Source of the DNA: Rubripirellula sp. | GTDB taxonomy: Bacteria > Planctomycetota > Planctomycetia > Pirellulales > Pirellulaceae | DNA: 64,000 nucleotides | NCBI GenBank assembly: GCA_965216875.1 | Contig: OZ244207.1 | Span: 3,776,001 to 3,840,000 of the forward strand | Reading direction: 5' to 3' | In this document: one piece after another, positions 32,501 to 41,339 of the stretch | How the letters are laid out: every line of letters begins with the position of its first letter | How positions within the stretch are numbered: the first letter of the stretch is position 1 | Made by a program: the position numbers and the translations under genes | Notes under the pieces: generated by a model | What the model was told of the DNA's origin: nothing | Databases searched by the model: none | The model's input: only the letters and a program-made list of their open reading frames with translations

Positions 32501-32999
32501 AGAAGAACGCCAAAGCTTGATCGAGCAAACGGTTCAAGCAATGTCGTCGATCAACCGTCTGGAATCGGATCACTACCTGTTCCATTACACGGGTGTCGTG
32601 TTGCCGGCACTCCAGCAATTCGATTCTCTCGCTCCCGAGTTGCTTGATGCGTTGATCTTTGAGTCGCTTTGGCAATTACCAGAAAGTTTTGAATCGGATC
32701 GGCTGCACACGATCCTGGGGGGCGCTGCGAGGATCGTTTCGTTTCGTGATCGTGAACTTGGTCGCCAACTGCTTGAGCCAGCGTTTGAAGACACCGGCTG
32801 GTTGTTTGGTGGCCGCCAATTGCGACTCAACAACAATCAATCGATTCTTTCGATCGCCAGCGTCGATCCAATGTGGTGTGTCGACGTGGTCAACAAGCTC
32901 TGTGACGGGCCGTTGGCGCAGGACGAAGCCGCTCAGCTCGAAGTCCGCGCCGGGGTCGCCGCTGAACTTGTCAAAGAAGCGATGCGGCAAAAGCAGTAA
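29532..32999 (+). CDS. Large secreted protein with repeated carboxypeptidase-regulatory-like beta domains and helical C-terminus
   Basis: Signal peptide; repeated G-x-V-V-D-x-D-G-x-P-V-x-G..T-x-x-x-G-x-F units; 1155 aa. Confidence 0.8.
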   Translation: MRTLTLAALSLVASVSIASGASPVIRGVVTSKDDSSKIADAKVTLVAGAGWLKQAYAELNPEQPQVTSASDADGNFSLPFPQTDRRFFLPDKHHLVVTAPGFQPHVVDLHYQRIKVNVPLEIKLRRGEGSTVAIVSPENKTLAGVRVAPAIVAGHRIPWCVARSLANVSDENGKVTVQGCDAETLEAVFLSGDGVGNQRSGVRKQAGKGIVVVPARTREVVGKVIPADGETIDNLDATRLFVISRPVGASARVTNPDNLGWSFAHLDAAGNFRSPALSQGQLQHLLACPSDFPFRFDADKQVELSGGEGAFAWEMEMSKQVQLIATIREAGTDTPLEDISIASFDGRLEDTFTDASGKARFFRVRDHVSYYPHDHTGVLYFDDTFYQSSKKLPVDGVLELEPLTLNRSTGWRGSVVDADGKPVAGASIAYEFGQERFLTTQHVFSNPEGEFSLFGVADQTSVTLLASKGNSLSEKRSVILNSDEPVELVITPRKTAVPTGRVVDLDGHPVVGISVNIRRGQVMIAEGYSSEELMESEFYDRPTTATTNDDGLFEFPKTVDFKERVQIRISAPDFFKLHSPYAAGKLIGDEAEVSSVGRLELGEFRIMRRGAESEIQVVVKSEAGEGIANARVAIVGARVGTVRGTTGANGTASFRVPKGKAIVGISAPGYAPYFAPLANDGAVDCRLSKQTSPITNSIRNVEPETFFDAANQVFGVVEPVVVKSSPMHRVGLYMQGLAATQPEQFLAYVQTAVVQNPQVGQYALMYGEHALRQQPEMVELVVNNPLVPAEYAAMLLTQAASMSDDPDLHEDFLGEALAMARKKTGRDGLIGKARLARTLLAAGHNDLATQIAEEIWQDADEFQSMVDSNQRKLMVGESRVVVPVLAILDLKRAQQLIRLTAREVELDRLLSECELTWGQANAKAWIQHLEKGNVDAIDGGGIASWLRYQNEAGTMWKQGLGEPGIVGPLISDLNTRIGFLLAHARLSSNEEERQSLIEQTVQAMSSINRLESDHYLFHYTGVVLPALQQFDSLAPELLDALIFESLWQLPESFESDRLHTILGGAARIVSFRDRELGRQLLEPAFEDTGWLFGGRQLRLNNNQSILSIASVDPMWCVDVVNKLCDGPLAQDEAAQLEVRAGVAAELVKEAMRQKQ

Positions 33000-33015
33000 C
33001 CTCTCAACGCCGCTC

Positions 33016-33545
<530 letters not shown>

Positions 33546-33725
33546 AGGAGGACGAGCGAGCATGACCACCAGCGGTAAGCCATTTTCTGGGCCCGCGAAG
33601 AAAAATCGTGTTTCACGCCGCGAAACACGGAAACCAGAAACCTCGCTTTTTACGTGGTTTTTGCGGCCAAGCAGCCGAACGCTTCATTCTTGCGACGACA
33701 AAATTGCTTCCGCGGCAAATCGCCG

Positions 33726-33754
33726 TTGACATCACAAAGCGACGGCTGTTAATC
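33726..33754 (+). promoter_or_regulatory. Sigma70-type promoter
   Basis: Perfect TTGACA at 33726-33731; GTTAAT/TTAATC 16-17 nt downstream. Confidence 0.6.
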
Positions 33755-33755
33755 C

Positions 33756-34128
33756 CCGACCAAGGTGATGACACGACCAACGTGATGCCCGTTCGTATTG
33801 ATCACGCTGACTCGGAATCACACAACCGTCCACTACAGAAGTTTCATCGTTGGTGAACGCTTTGCGGGAAACGTTCACTGGCCTCCCAACTTGGTCGGAG
33901 CATTCAATCGCTTGCCAAGACGATTTCTGGGTCAATCGTCTCGGTCGGCGGCTCCACGTTGAAACTTCACTGTGCATCGGGACGTCGTCTCTCGGCGGCG
34001 TTCCGATGCCAGGATACACTCCAACCGCGTGGGACGAGGGAACGATCAACCTCGTCCACGCTCTTCTGTCGGCGAGCTGCGACTAGCAGCAAGGGAACTT
34101 GCTGAGCCCCTGTTTGCTCGTGATGAAA
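33756..34128 (+). ncRNA. Unassigned highly structured RNA (~370 nt)
   Basis: At least seven helices of 7-16 bp, G-U wobbles and a GGAA tetraloop favouring the + strand; no convincing ORF. Confidence 0.6.
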
Positions 34129-34137
34129 TGCGAGATG

Positions 34138-34209
34138 AGGGACTCGTGGCCTCGTCCACTACGAGGTGTGATGGGAGGTTTGAGGGACTCGTGGCCTCGT
34201 CCACTACGA
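34138..34209. repeat. REP doublet GGGACTCGTGGCCTCGTCCACTACG
   Basis: Two direct copies; same family at 17263 and 42636-42737. Confidence 0.85.
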
Positions 34210-34246
34210 AGAGGGTGGGCGCGTCCCGCTTGTCCATGATGACGAT

Positions 34247-35245
34247 GTGGCAACCGCCGGGGCGATTCTGTACGATCCGGTTATGGCTGATGTCGCGAAC
34301 AAAGAAGACGAAGAACAACCTGACGCCGAGGGCGTTGGTGTCGACGATGCTGCTGAGGATGACGGCATCTCGGTAGGCGTCGCCCCCGATGGCGCGGGCG
34401 ATTCGGCCGATGAACCTGCAAGCTCCGAGTCGACCGAAGAGGGCGATGATTCTTCCGAGGAGGCTGACGAGCCACTCGAGATTTCTCCCCGTGAGAAGCA
34501 ACGTCGAATTCGCCGTCGTCACATGATGTGGGCAATCGTCCTGACGGCTGTCTTTGTCACAATCGTCGTCTATTCCAGCGGCGTGCTGCACCCGCGCAGG
34601 GACCAGGATCTGTTGGCGATCGCGCCGAGCGTTCTCTTCGAGAACCTGTGTACCGAGGTCGCGAAAGAGAACGGCACCAAGCTGCACGTTGCCGATTTTG
34701 AAGTCACCGATTCGATGATCCCACAGATTGTCGAATTGAAATCGATCGACACATTCATTGTCGATCAAGGAAAACTCACCGACCGAGCGATGATCGCCAT
34801 CTCGGCGCTCCCGAATCTGCGACATCTACGACTGCGTCTCTCGCCCATCTCCGACGAAGGACTCGAGACGATCGCGCAGTGCGAGTCCCTCTGGTACTTG
34901 AACTTGCCCCACGTTGATTGCACACCTGAGGGTGTCGCGTCACTCGCACAACTACCGCGACTGCGACAGCTTCGGTTGGGATCGACCGAACTCGGCAACG
35001 AAGTGACCAACTCAATCGCAAAGATCGAATCCCTCCGTGGCATCCATCTCATTGGTGTCGCCGTGACCGACGAGGGACTGAAGACACTCGCCGCCATGCC
35101 TCACCTTGAATCACTCTACCTTGATGATTCCAAAGTCACCGAAGCCGGATGGATGTGGTTGTTCAAAAACTACCCCCAGCTTCATGTGCACATCGATCAA
35201 GAACACCACGACTACGACCCGCACGCGCACCAGCATCACGAGTAA
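34247..35245 (+). CDS. Membrane-anchored leucine-rich-repeat protein (start may be 34283)
   Basis: Acidic N-terminus, TM helix, LxxLxL..VTDEGL repeats, His-rich tail. Confidence 0.82.
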   Translation: MATAGAILYDPVMADVANKEDEEQPDAEGVGVDDAAEDDGISVGVAPDGAGDSADEPASSESTEEGDDSSEEADEPLEISPREKQRRIRRRHMMWAIVLTAVFVTIVVYSSGVLHPRRDQDLLAIAPSVLFENLCTEVAKENGTKLHVADFEVTDSMIPQIVELKSIDTFIVDQGKLTDRAMIAISALPNLRHLRLRLSPISDEGLETIAQCESLWYLNLPHVDCTPEGVASLAQLPRLRQLRLGSTELGNEVTNSIAKIESLRGIHLIGVAVTDEGLKTLAAMPHLESLYLDDSKVTEAGWMWLFKNYPQLHVHIDQEHHDYDPHAHQHHE

Positions 35246-35270
35246 AACTGCTTCCTGATTCTCGCGCACC

Positions 35271-36377
35271 TTGCTAGGAGCCCGACCCTTGCTGCCACCA
35301 CGACTTGAAACGCTCGCCGCAAGACTTGATGAGCTCGAAATGGATGCGATGCTCGTCACGGACGAAATCAACGTTCGCTACCTTTCCGGATTCACCGGCG
35401 ACAGCTCCTATTTGCTCGTTACCCGAAAGGGCACGACGATCATGAGCGACGGACGGTATGACACTCAGATTGCTGATGAATGTCCTGCGCTCGCAACGGC
35501 GATTCGTCCCCCCGGACAACTAATGCAAGATCTTCTGGCCGAGGTGATCAAGGGTTCGGGGCAGTCACGCGTCGGATTCGAAGCGGCTCATGTGACTGTG
35601 GCATCGCTTGCGGTGATGACAGAAAGCTGCCCAGACATTCAATGGATCGAGACGAGCGGTGTCGTTGAACAACAACGAATGATCAAAGACGCCGATGAAA
35701 TCGAGACGACACGCAAAGCGGTTGAAATCGCCCAGCGCAGTTTCCAAGCAGTCCTGCCGATGATCACCACCGCTTCGAGCGAGCGGGAGATTGCCCATGA
35801 CCTCGAAGCCAAAATGCGAACCCTCGGAGCCGAAGGGGTTAGCTTTGCTCCGATCGTTGCCGCCGGCGCCGCGGGCGCCCTTCCGCACTACCGCCCAGGC
35901 CCGGCGATGATCGGCGATTCGGCGACGCTGTTGGTCGACTGGGGCACCTGCTACGACGGGTATGCGAGCGACCTGACACGGACATTTCATCGCCAGACGG
36001 CCAGCGACGCATTTCGTCGAGCTTATGACGTCGTGCTCGAAGCCCAGCTGGCCGCGATCGCCGCCATCGGTCCCGGCGTGGCTGCGAGCGACGTTGACCG
36101 GGCGGCCCGCGAGATTTTGGAAAAAGCTGGACTCGGCGACGCCTTCAAGCATGGACTCGGGCACGGCACCGGCCTGCAAATCCACGAATCGCCCCGAATG
36201 TCGTCTGTGAGCGACGAAATCCTCGATAGCGGCATGATTATCACCGTTGAACCGGGCGTCTATTTCGAGGGAGACTTTGGGATTCGCATCGAGGATGACG
36301 TGCTCGTGACCCCTGAGGGTGCGGAAGTCCTTAGCAGTCTGGCAAAGGGCCTCGATGATTGCCGTTTGATGCTGTAA
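35271..36377 (+). CDS. Xaa-Pro aminopeptidase (M24B)
   Basis: NVRYLSGFTG, RMIKDADEI, GYASDLTRT, HGLGHGTGLQIHE, TVEPGVY, RIEDDV. Confidence 0.92.
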   Translation: MLGARPLLPPRLETLAARLDELEMDAMLVTDEINVRYLSGFTGDSSYLLVTRKGTTIMSDGRYDTQIADECPALATAIRPPGQLMQDLLAEVIKGSGQSRVGFEAAHVTVASLAVMTESCPDIQWIETSGVVEQQRMIKDADEIETTRKAVEIAQRSFQAVLPMITTASSEREIAHDLEAKMRTLGAEGVSFAPIVAAGAAGALPHYRPGPAMIGDSATLLVDWGTCYDGYASDLTRTFHRQTASDAFRRAYDVVLEAQLAAIAAIGPGVAASDVDRAAREILEKAGLGDAFKHGLGHGTGLQIHESPRMSSVSDEILDSGMIITVEPGVYFEGDFGIRIEDDVLVTPEGAEVLSSLAKGLDDCRLML

Positions 36378-36519
36378 AACTTGCACAACGATCGTTTACA
36401 GGTCGCCCCCCCTCATCGGAGCGGGACATGACCTCAACGGAACAAGACTGGAACGACCAAGCTTGTATGCATGCAAGCGTCGGTTTGCTGATTGAGATTT
36501 TTCTGACAACGAGTCAAGC

Positions 36520-37005
36520 ATGAGCAAAGGCGGAAAGCCCAACGACGACGTGTTCGATATCGAACGGATTCGCAAGATTATCGAGCTGATGGAACAGCAC
36601 GAGCTAAGCGAAGTGGATCTTCAGCAAGGCGACGAAAAGATCAAATTGAGTCGCGGTGGAGCGGCACCGATCCAGGCAATGCCTGCGGTCGCCCCCATGG
36701 CTCCTGCACCCGTCGCGCCGGCTGCGCCAGCCGATGCTGGCGGTGGCGCTGACACTTCGGGAACGATCACCATCGACGCTCCGATGGTTGGCACATTCTA
36801 TGCTCGCCCCAACCCCGAATCTGAACTCTTCGTCAAGGTCGGCGACGTGGTGAACGAAGACACTGTCGTTTGCATCGTCGAAGCCATGAAGGTGTTTAAC
36901 GAGATTCCTGCGGAGTGCCGTGGCAAGATCGTTGAAATCCTGGTCGACGATCAGCAGCCAGTTGATTTCGGAAAGCCGATGTTCCGTGTCCAACCGAGCA
37001 ACTAG
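36520..37005 (+). CDS. accB: Acetyl-CoA carboxylase biotin carboxyl carrier protein
   Basis: APMVGTFY, EAMKVFNEI biotinylation motif, Ala/Pro linker. Confidence 0.96.
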   Translation: MSKGGKPNDDVFDIERIRKIIELMEQHELSEVDLQQGDEKIKLSRGGAAPIQAMPAVAPMAPAPVAPAAPADAGGGADTSGTITIDAPMVGTFYARPNPESELFVKVGDVVNEDTVVCIVEAMKVFNEIPAECRGKIVEILVDDQQPVDFGKPMFRVQPSN

Positions 37006-37023
37006 CTGAAAGTTTGAAGACAA

Positions 37024-38367
37024 GTGTTTCAAAAACTACTGATCGCAAACCGCGGTGAGATCGCTCTACGTGTGATCCGTGCCTGCCGCGAGATGGGTGT
37101 TCAATCGGTCGCCGTCTACAGCGAAGCCGACGCCGACTCGATGCACGTTCAGCTGGCCGACGAAGCTTACTGTGTTGGGAAACCACGCAGCGCTGACAGC
37201 TATTTGAAAATCGACCAGATCATTGCGGCCGCGGAAGTCGGTAACGTCGACGCCGTGCACCCCGGATACGGATTCCTTGCTGAAAACGCTCACTTCAACG
37301 AAGTCTGCCGTTCAAGCGGATTCGAATTCATCGGACCAAGCCCCGAGGCAATGGAAAAACTGGGCGACAAAAACACCGCCCGATCGATGGCAATCGCCAA
37401 CGATGTTCCCGTCGTCCCCGGAAGCGACGGCTTGGTCGAAGACGACTCGACCGCAGCCGAAATCGCACGCGAAATTGGCTACCCCGTTCTGATCAAAGCG
37501 ACCGCCGGTGGTGGTGGCAAAGGGATGCGCGTCGCGGAAGACGAAGATTCGCTCCTGACCGCACTCAATCAAGCCCGCACCGAAGCGCTGGCCGCATTTG
37601 GAAACGGGGGCGTTTACCTGGAACGCTACGTTGGCAATCCTCGCCACATCGAAGTCCAAGTGATCGCCGACAACCACGGCAACGTTTGTCACTTGTTCGA
37701 ACGCGACTGCAGCGTCCAACGCCGTCACCAAAAGTTGATCGAAGAGGCGCCAAGCCCGAACTTGCCTGCCGACCGCCGTCAGGCGATTTGCGAAGCAGCG
37801 GTTCGAATGATCCGTGGTGCCGAGTACAGCAACGCGGCAACGGTCGAGTTCATCGTCGATGAGAACAACGACTTCTTTTTCATCGAAGTGAATGCTCGAA
37901 TTCAAGTCGAGCACCCAGTGACCGAAATGATCACCGGCGTCGACTTGATCAAAGAACAAATCCGCGTCGCAGCGGGCGAGAAACTGTCGTTCTCGCAGGA
38001 CGACCTGAAGTGCAGTGGTGCGGCGATTGAGTGCCGAATCAACGCCGAAGACCCTGACAAGAACTTCCGCCCCAACCCCGGCAAGATCACCAAGTTGTTC
38101 ACGCCGGGCGGACTCGGCGTCCGATTCGATTCGCACGTCTATGGCGGCTACACCGTACCGCCTCACTATGACTCGATGATCGGCAAACTGATCGTTTACC
38201 GACCGACTCGCGAAGACGCAATCGCAACCATGCGACGAGCACTCGCTGAGATGCAAGTGGAAGGGATCGCCACCACCGCCGCATTCCACGACAAAGTGCT
38301 CCAGCACCCCGAGTTTGTCGAGGGTCGCCACGACACCAAGTTCGTCGAACGCGAATTCATCGACTAG
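37024..38367 (+). CDS. accC: Biotin carboxylase
   Basis: [49 protein letters not shown]. Confidence 0.97.
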   Translation: MFQKLLIANRGEIALRVIRACREMGVQSVAVYSEADADSMHVQLADEAYCVGKPRSADSYLKIDQIIAAAEVGNVDAVHPGYGFLAENAHFNEVCRSSGFEFIGPSPEAMEKLGDKNTARSMAIANDVPVVPGSDGLVEDDSTAAEIAREIGYPVLIKATAGGGGKGMRVAEDEDSLLTALNQARTEALAAFGNGGVYLERYVGNPRHIEVQVIADNHGNVCHLFERDCSVQRRHQKLIEEAPSPNLPADRRQAICEAAVRMIRGAEYSNAATVEFIVDENNDFFFIEVNARIQVEHPVTEMITGVDLIKEQIRVAAGEKLSFSQDDLKCSGAAIECRINAEDPDKNFRPNPGKITKLFTPGGLGVRFDSHVYGGYTVPPHYDSMIGKLIVYRPTREDAIATMRRALAEMQVEGIATTAAFHDKVLQHPEFVEGRHDTKFVEREFID

Positions 38368-38383
38368 AGGCTGTTGTCGCTGA

Positions 38384-38545
38384 GCTGAGCCGAACGCGCT
38401 AGCGTCGGGCCTCACACTTTTTTTGATCCCGAAGGGCCCGAGGCTAGCGCCTGCGGCTCAGGACGCAAGAGGACGCGGAGCGTCCAAGAGTGCGTGACCA
38501 CGCAGAGCGGGGTCACGAGGTTGAGCAGAGCGGGGTCACGAGGTT
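38384..38545. repeat. Composite REP cluster (TGAGCCGAACGCGCTAGCGTCGGGCC and CGTC-type units)
   Basis: Same units as the 33.2-33.5 kb and 44.5-44.7 kb clusters. Confidence 0.85.
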
Positions 38546-38557
38546 AGGCACTCCAGC

Positions 38558-39742
38558 CTAGGCCGATTGGATCGCTTGCTCCAAATCAGCCTGCAAGTCC
38601 TCGGCCGATTCCAATCCGACGGACAATCGAATCAGGCCGTCGGTGATTCCGAATCGGGCTCGATCTTCGGCATCGTAACTGGCGTGCGACATGGTCGCAG
38701 GCTGCTCAATTAGCGACTCGACCGCTCCAAGGCTGACGGCCAAGTGAAACAGCCGCGTCGCCTCGCATGCCTTTGCCGTCTGGTCAATCGTGCCATCGAG
38801 TTCGAAGGTCACCATCGCTCCGAAACCGCCGTCGAGCAGTTTCGACGCGCGATCGTGTTGCGGGTGTTCTGTCAGCCCTGGGTAGAGGACTGACTTGACG
38901 CGTGGATGCGACTGCAGCCACGTCGCAAGTTTCAGTGCCGTTGCCGATTGCTCGCGAATCCGCAAGTCAAGCGTCTTCAAACCACGCGAGACCAAGAAAC
39001 AACTCAGTGGATCGAGGACCGCTCCCGTGGCGTTCTGGATGTAATAGAGCTCGTCGAGCAGTTCTTTCGTCCGAACCGCAAGCGTGCCACCAAGACAGTC
39101 GCTATGGCCACCAAGGTATTTGGTCGCCGAATGCATCACGATGTCAATGTTCTGCTCGATGGGACGCACCAGCGCGGGCGTGCCAAAGGTATTGTCCACT
39201 CCGATCACCGCGCCGCGAGCGTGTGTCACTTCCGCAAGCGCCGCCAAGTCGGGAATCGTCAAACGTGGATTGCCGATCGTTTCGGCCCAGACCAATTTCG
39301 TCTTGTCCGTGATCGCCGCTTCGACGGCCGAGGTGTCGGTCATGTCGACAAGGGTGACCTCGATCCCGCTACGGTCACAGATTTTGTGAAGCAACCGATA
39401 AGCACCACCATACAAATCGCATCCAGCAACCACGTGGTCGCCGGTGCGGAGCATCATCGTGACACAGTGGATCGCAGCCATTCCGGACGAAAAGGCCAAC
39501 GCTCCCGCTGCGCCTTCGAGCGAAGCGAGCGTCGATTGCAGGTTGGTCCGAGTCGGATTGCCGCTGCGCGAATAGTCGAACTCACCCCACTCGCCAGCAC
39601 CTGGTTGGCGAAACGTGCTTGCAAGGTGAATGGGCGGAACGACGGCGCCGGTTGCGGGGTCAATTTCGTTACCGACGTGAATCGCGCGCGTACGAAACGA
39701 TTCGTTGTTGTGGTCGTGACCGCCGCCAGAATTGTCGGTCAT
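38558..39742 (-). CDS. PLP-dependent trans-sulfuration enzyme (cystathionine beta/gamma-lyase)
   Basis: YSRSGNPTR, FSSGMAAI, DNTF, HSATKYLGGHSD, SLGAVESL, IRLSVGLE. Confidence 0.9.
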   Translation of the reverse strand: MTDNSGGGHDHNNESFRTRAIHVGNEIDPATGAVVPPIHLASTFRQPGAGEWGEFDYSRSGNPTRTNLQSTLASLEGAAGALAFSSGMAAIHCVTMMLRTGDHVVAGCDLYGGAYRLLHKICDRSGIEVTLVDMTDTSAVEAAITDKTKLVWAETIGNPRLTIPDLAALAEVTHARGAVIGVDNTFGTPALVRPIEQNIDIVMHSATKYLGGHSDCLGGTLAVRTKELLDELYYIQNATGAVLDPLSCFLVSRGLKTLDLRIREQSATALKLATWLQSHPRVKSVLYPGLTEHPQHDRASKLLDGGFGAMVTFELDGTIDQTAKACEATRLFHLAVSLGAVESLIEQPATMSHASYDAEDRARFGITDGLIRLSVGLESAEDLQADLEQAIQSA

Positions 39743-41049
39743 GCCTTGAGTGCCTGGTCGAGGTCGCGAATCAAGTCTTCCGGATTTTCGATGCCACAAG
39801 ACATACGAATCATGTTGTCAGGAATCCCAAACCGCTGACGCTCTTCGGGCGTGCAATGGAAGTAGCTCATGATCAACGGCTGCTCGATCAACGTCTCGAC
39901 TCCGCCAAGGCTTGGAGCGATCCGAGCGATCTGAGAACCATCGACAATACGTGAGGTTTCCTTCCAGTCAGCGTCTTTGACCAGGAAGGTGATCAGGCCA
40001 CCAAAGCCCTTCATCTGCGACGCCGCGATGGCGTGCGTCGGATGTGACTTGAGGCCCGGGTAGTAGACCTTTTCAACGCGGGGATGAGCCTCAAGGAACT
40101 CGGCAACACGTTGGCCGTTTTCGTTGTGACGCTGCATCCGCAGTTCGAACGTCTTCAACCCACGTTCGAGCAAGTAGAGGCTGTGGGGCGAATTCACGCT
40201 GCCCAAGATGCCTCGCAATGCACGAACCGGTTCGAGCGCCTCTTTACGGCCCGAGATGACGCCTGCCAACAAATCGTTGTGGCCACCAAGGTATTTCGTG
40301 GCAGAGTGCAGGACGTAATCGACACCGTAATCAACGGGCTTGATGTTGTAAGGCGTCGCAAGCGTCGCATCGATCAACGTTTCGACTTCGTGAGCCTTAC
40401 CAATCGCAACAAACCGCTCCAGATCGACGGCCGTCAAATGAGGGTTGGTCGGCGATTCCGAAACCAGCATCTTGGTCGCCGGGGTGATCGCAGCCTCCAT
40501 CGCATCGAAGTCCCCCGTGGGAACTTGGCGAGTGACGACACCGAAACGCGAGAGGTGCTTGGTGCAGAATTCGCGACTTCGGTGATAGCACTGGTCAAAG
40601 AAAACGATCTCGTCGCCCGCGTTCAAACGACTCATCAACAGCCCGACGATCGCCGCCATCCCACTGCTGTAAAGGATCGCGTCTTCGGCACCATCAAGCG
40701 CGGCAAGCTTCGCCTCGACGCTCTTTTCATTGGGGTTGCCGTAGCGGCCGTACTCTTCGCGTTCTTCCCGTCCCTCGACAAATTCCATCAACGAGTCAGT
40801 CGACTCAAATGTGTACGTCGAGGCGGTAAAGATCGGAGCGGTGATCGAACCTTCCGGCTTCTGTCGGCGTTCGCCCGCGTGAACGCACTGGGTCGACAAA
40901 CCAAGTTCAGAGACTGGTAAGCTCTTCTTTGCCGGACTGTCGTCCGATTTGGGGGGTGAAACAGACTCTTGGAAAGAATCACCAAGGTCAGCATCAGAGG
41001 TGCGACCTGGAGTGGTCGCGTCAGAATCAATAGACATATTCGTTGGCAT
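39739..41049 (-). CDS. metB: Cystathionine gamma-synthase (plant-type-like)
   Basis: EYGRYGNP, SSGMAAI, ESPTNP, HSATKYLGGHND, SLGGVETLIEQP. Confidence 0.8.
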   Translation of the reverse strand: MPTNMSIDSDATTPGRTSDADLGDSFQESVSPPKSDDSPAKKSLPVSELGLSTQCVHAGERRQKPEGSITAPIFTASTYTFESTDSLMEFVEGREEREEYGRYGNPNEKSVEAKLAALDGAEDAILYSSGMAAIVGLLMSRLNAGDEIVFFDQCYHRSREFCTKHLSRFGVVTRQVPTGDFDAMEAAITPATKMLVSESPTNPHLTAVDLERFVAIGKAHEVETLIDATLATPYNIKPVDYGVDYVLHSATKYLGGHNDLLAGVISGRKEALEPVRALRGILGSVNSPHSLYLLERGLKTFELRMQRHNENGQRVAEFLEAHPRVEKVYYPGLKSHPTHAIAASQMKGFGGLITFLVKDADWKETSRIVDGSQIARIAPSLGGVETLIEQPLIMSYFHCTPEERQRFGIPDNMIRMSCGIENPEDLIRDLDQALKA

Positions 41050-41051
41050 GG

Positions 41052-41093
41052 CTCTTTAGCAGGTTAAGGCTGCAATCGGCCGCAAATCCCTAC
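41052..41093 (-). ncRNA. Candidate SAM-II/SAM-V class riboswitch
   Basis: Minus strand GAUUUG..UUGCAG..GCUAAAGAG ending 2 nt before the ATG of the Met-pathway gene. Confidence 0.55.
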
Positions 41094-41339
41094 AAGGGAC
41101 GCGAATTCACGTGTGAATCGTTTGCGTCTGCTCCAAGATTACCCGCCACCAGGCAGATAGACAACCGTTTTCGCCCTTTCCTTTCCGAGTTCGACGATCG
41201 AAGATATGACGAATCAGCCGCATTGCTGTAGTCTCACAAACCGATAAAGCTTTACATCAAACCACAGATCTCCCGTTAAGGCGGGTGATTACAGGCTACA
41301 GTGGAATCGGAAGCCAGCGGCCAACACGGGATGTTCGCA

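Noticed and set aside
33732..34086. ORFs 33732..34049 (-) and 33850..34086 (+) as genes
   Set aside because: No recognisable motifs or RBS; the region is better explained by RNA structure.
33756..34128. tmRNA, RNase P RNA or SRP RNA
   Set aside because: No tRNA-like ends or tag ORF, no GAGGAAAGUCC and no SRP helix-8 motif found on either strand by eye.
37312..38415. Long antisense ORFs (also 12355..13440, 49354..50322, 58523..59683, 62006..63271)
   Set aside because: Shadow frames opposite well-supported genes, as expected in GC-rich DNA.
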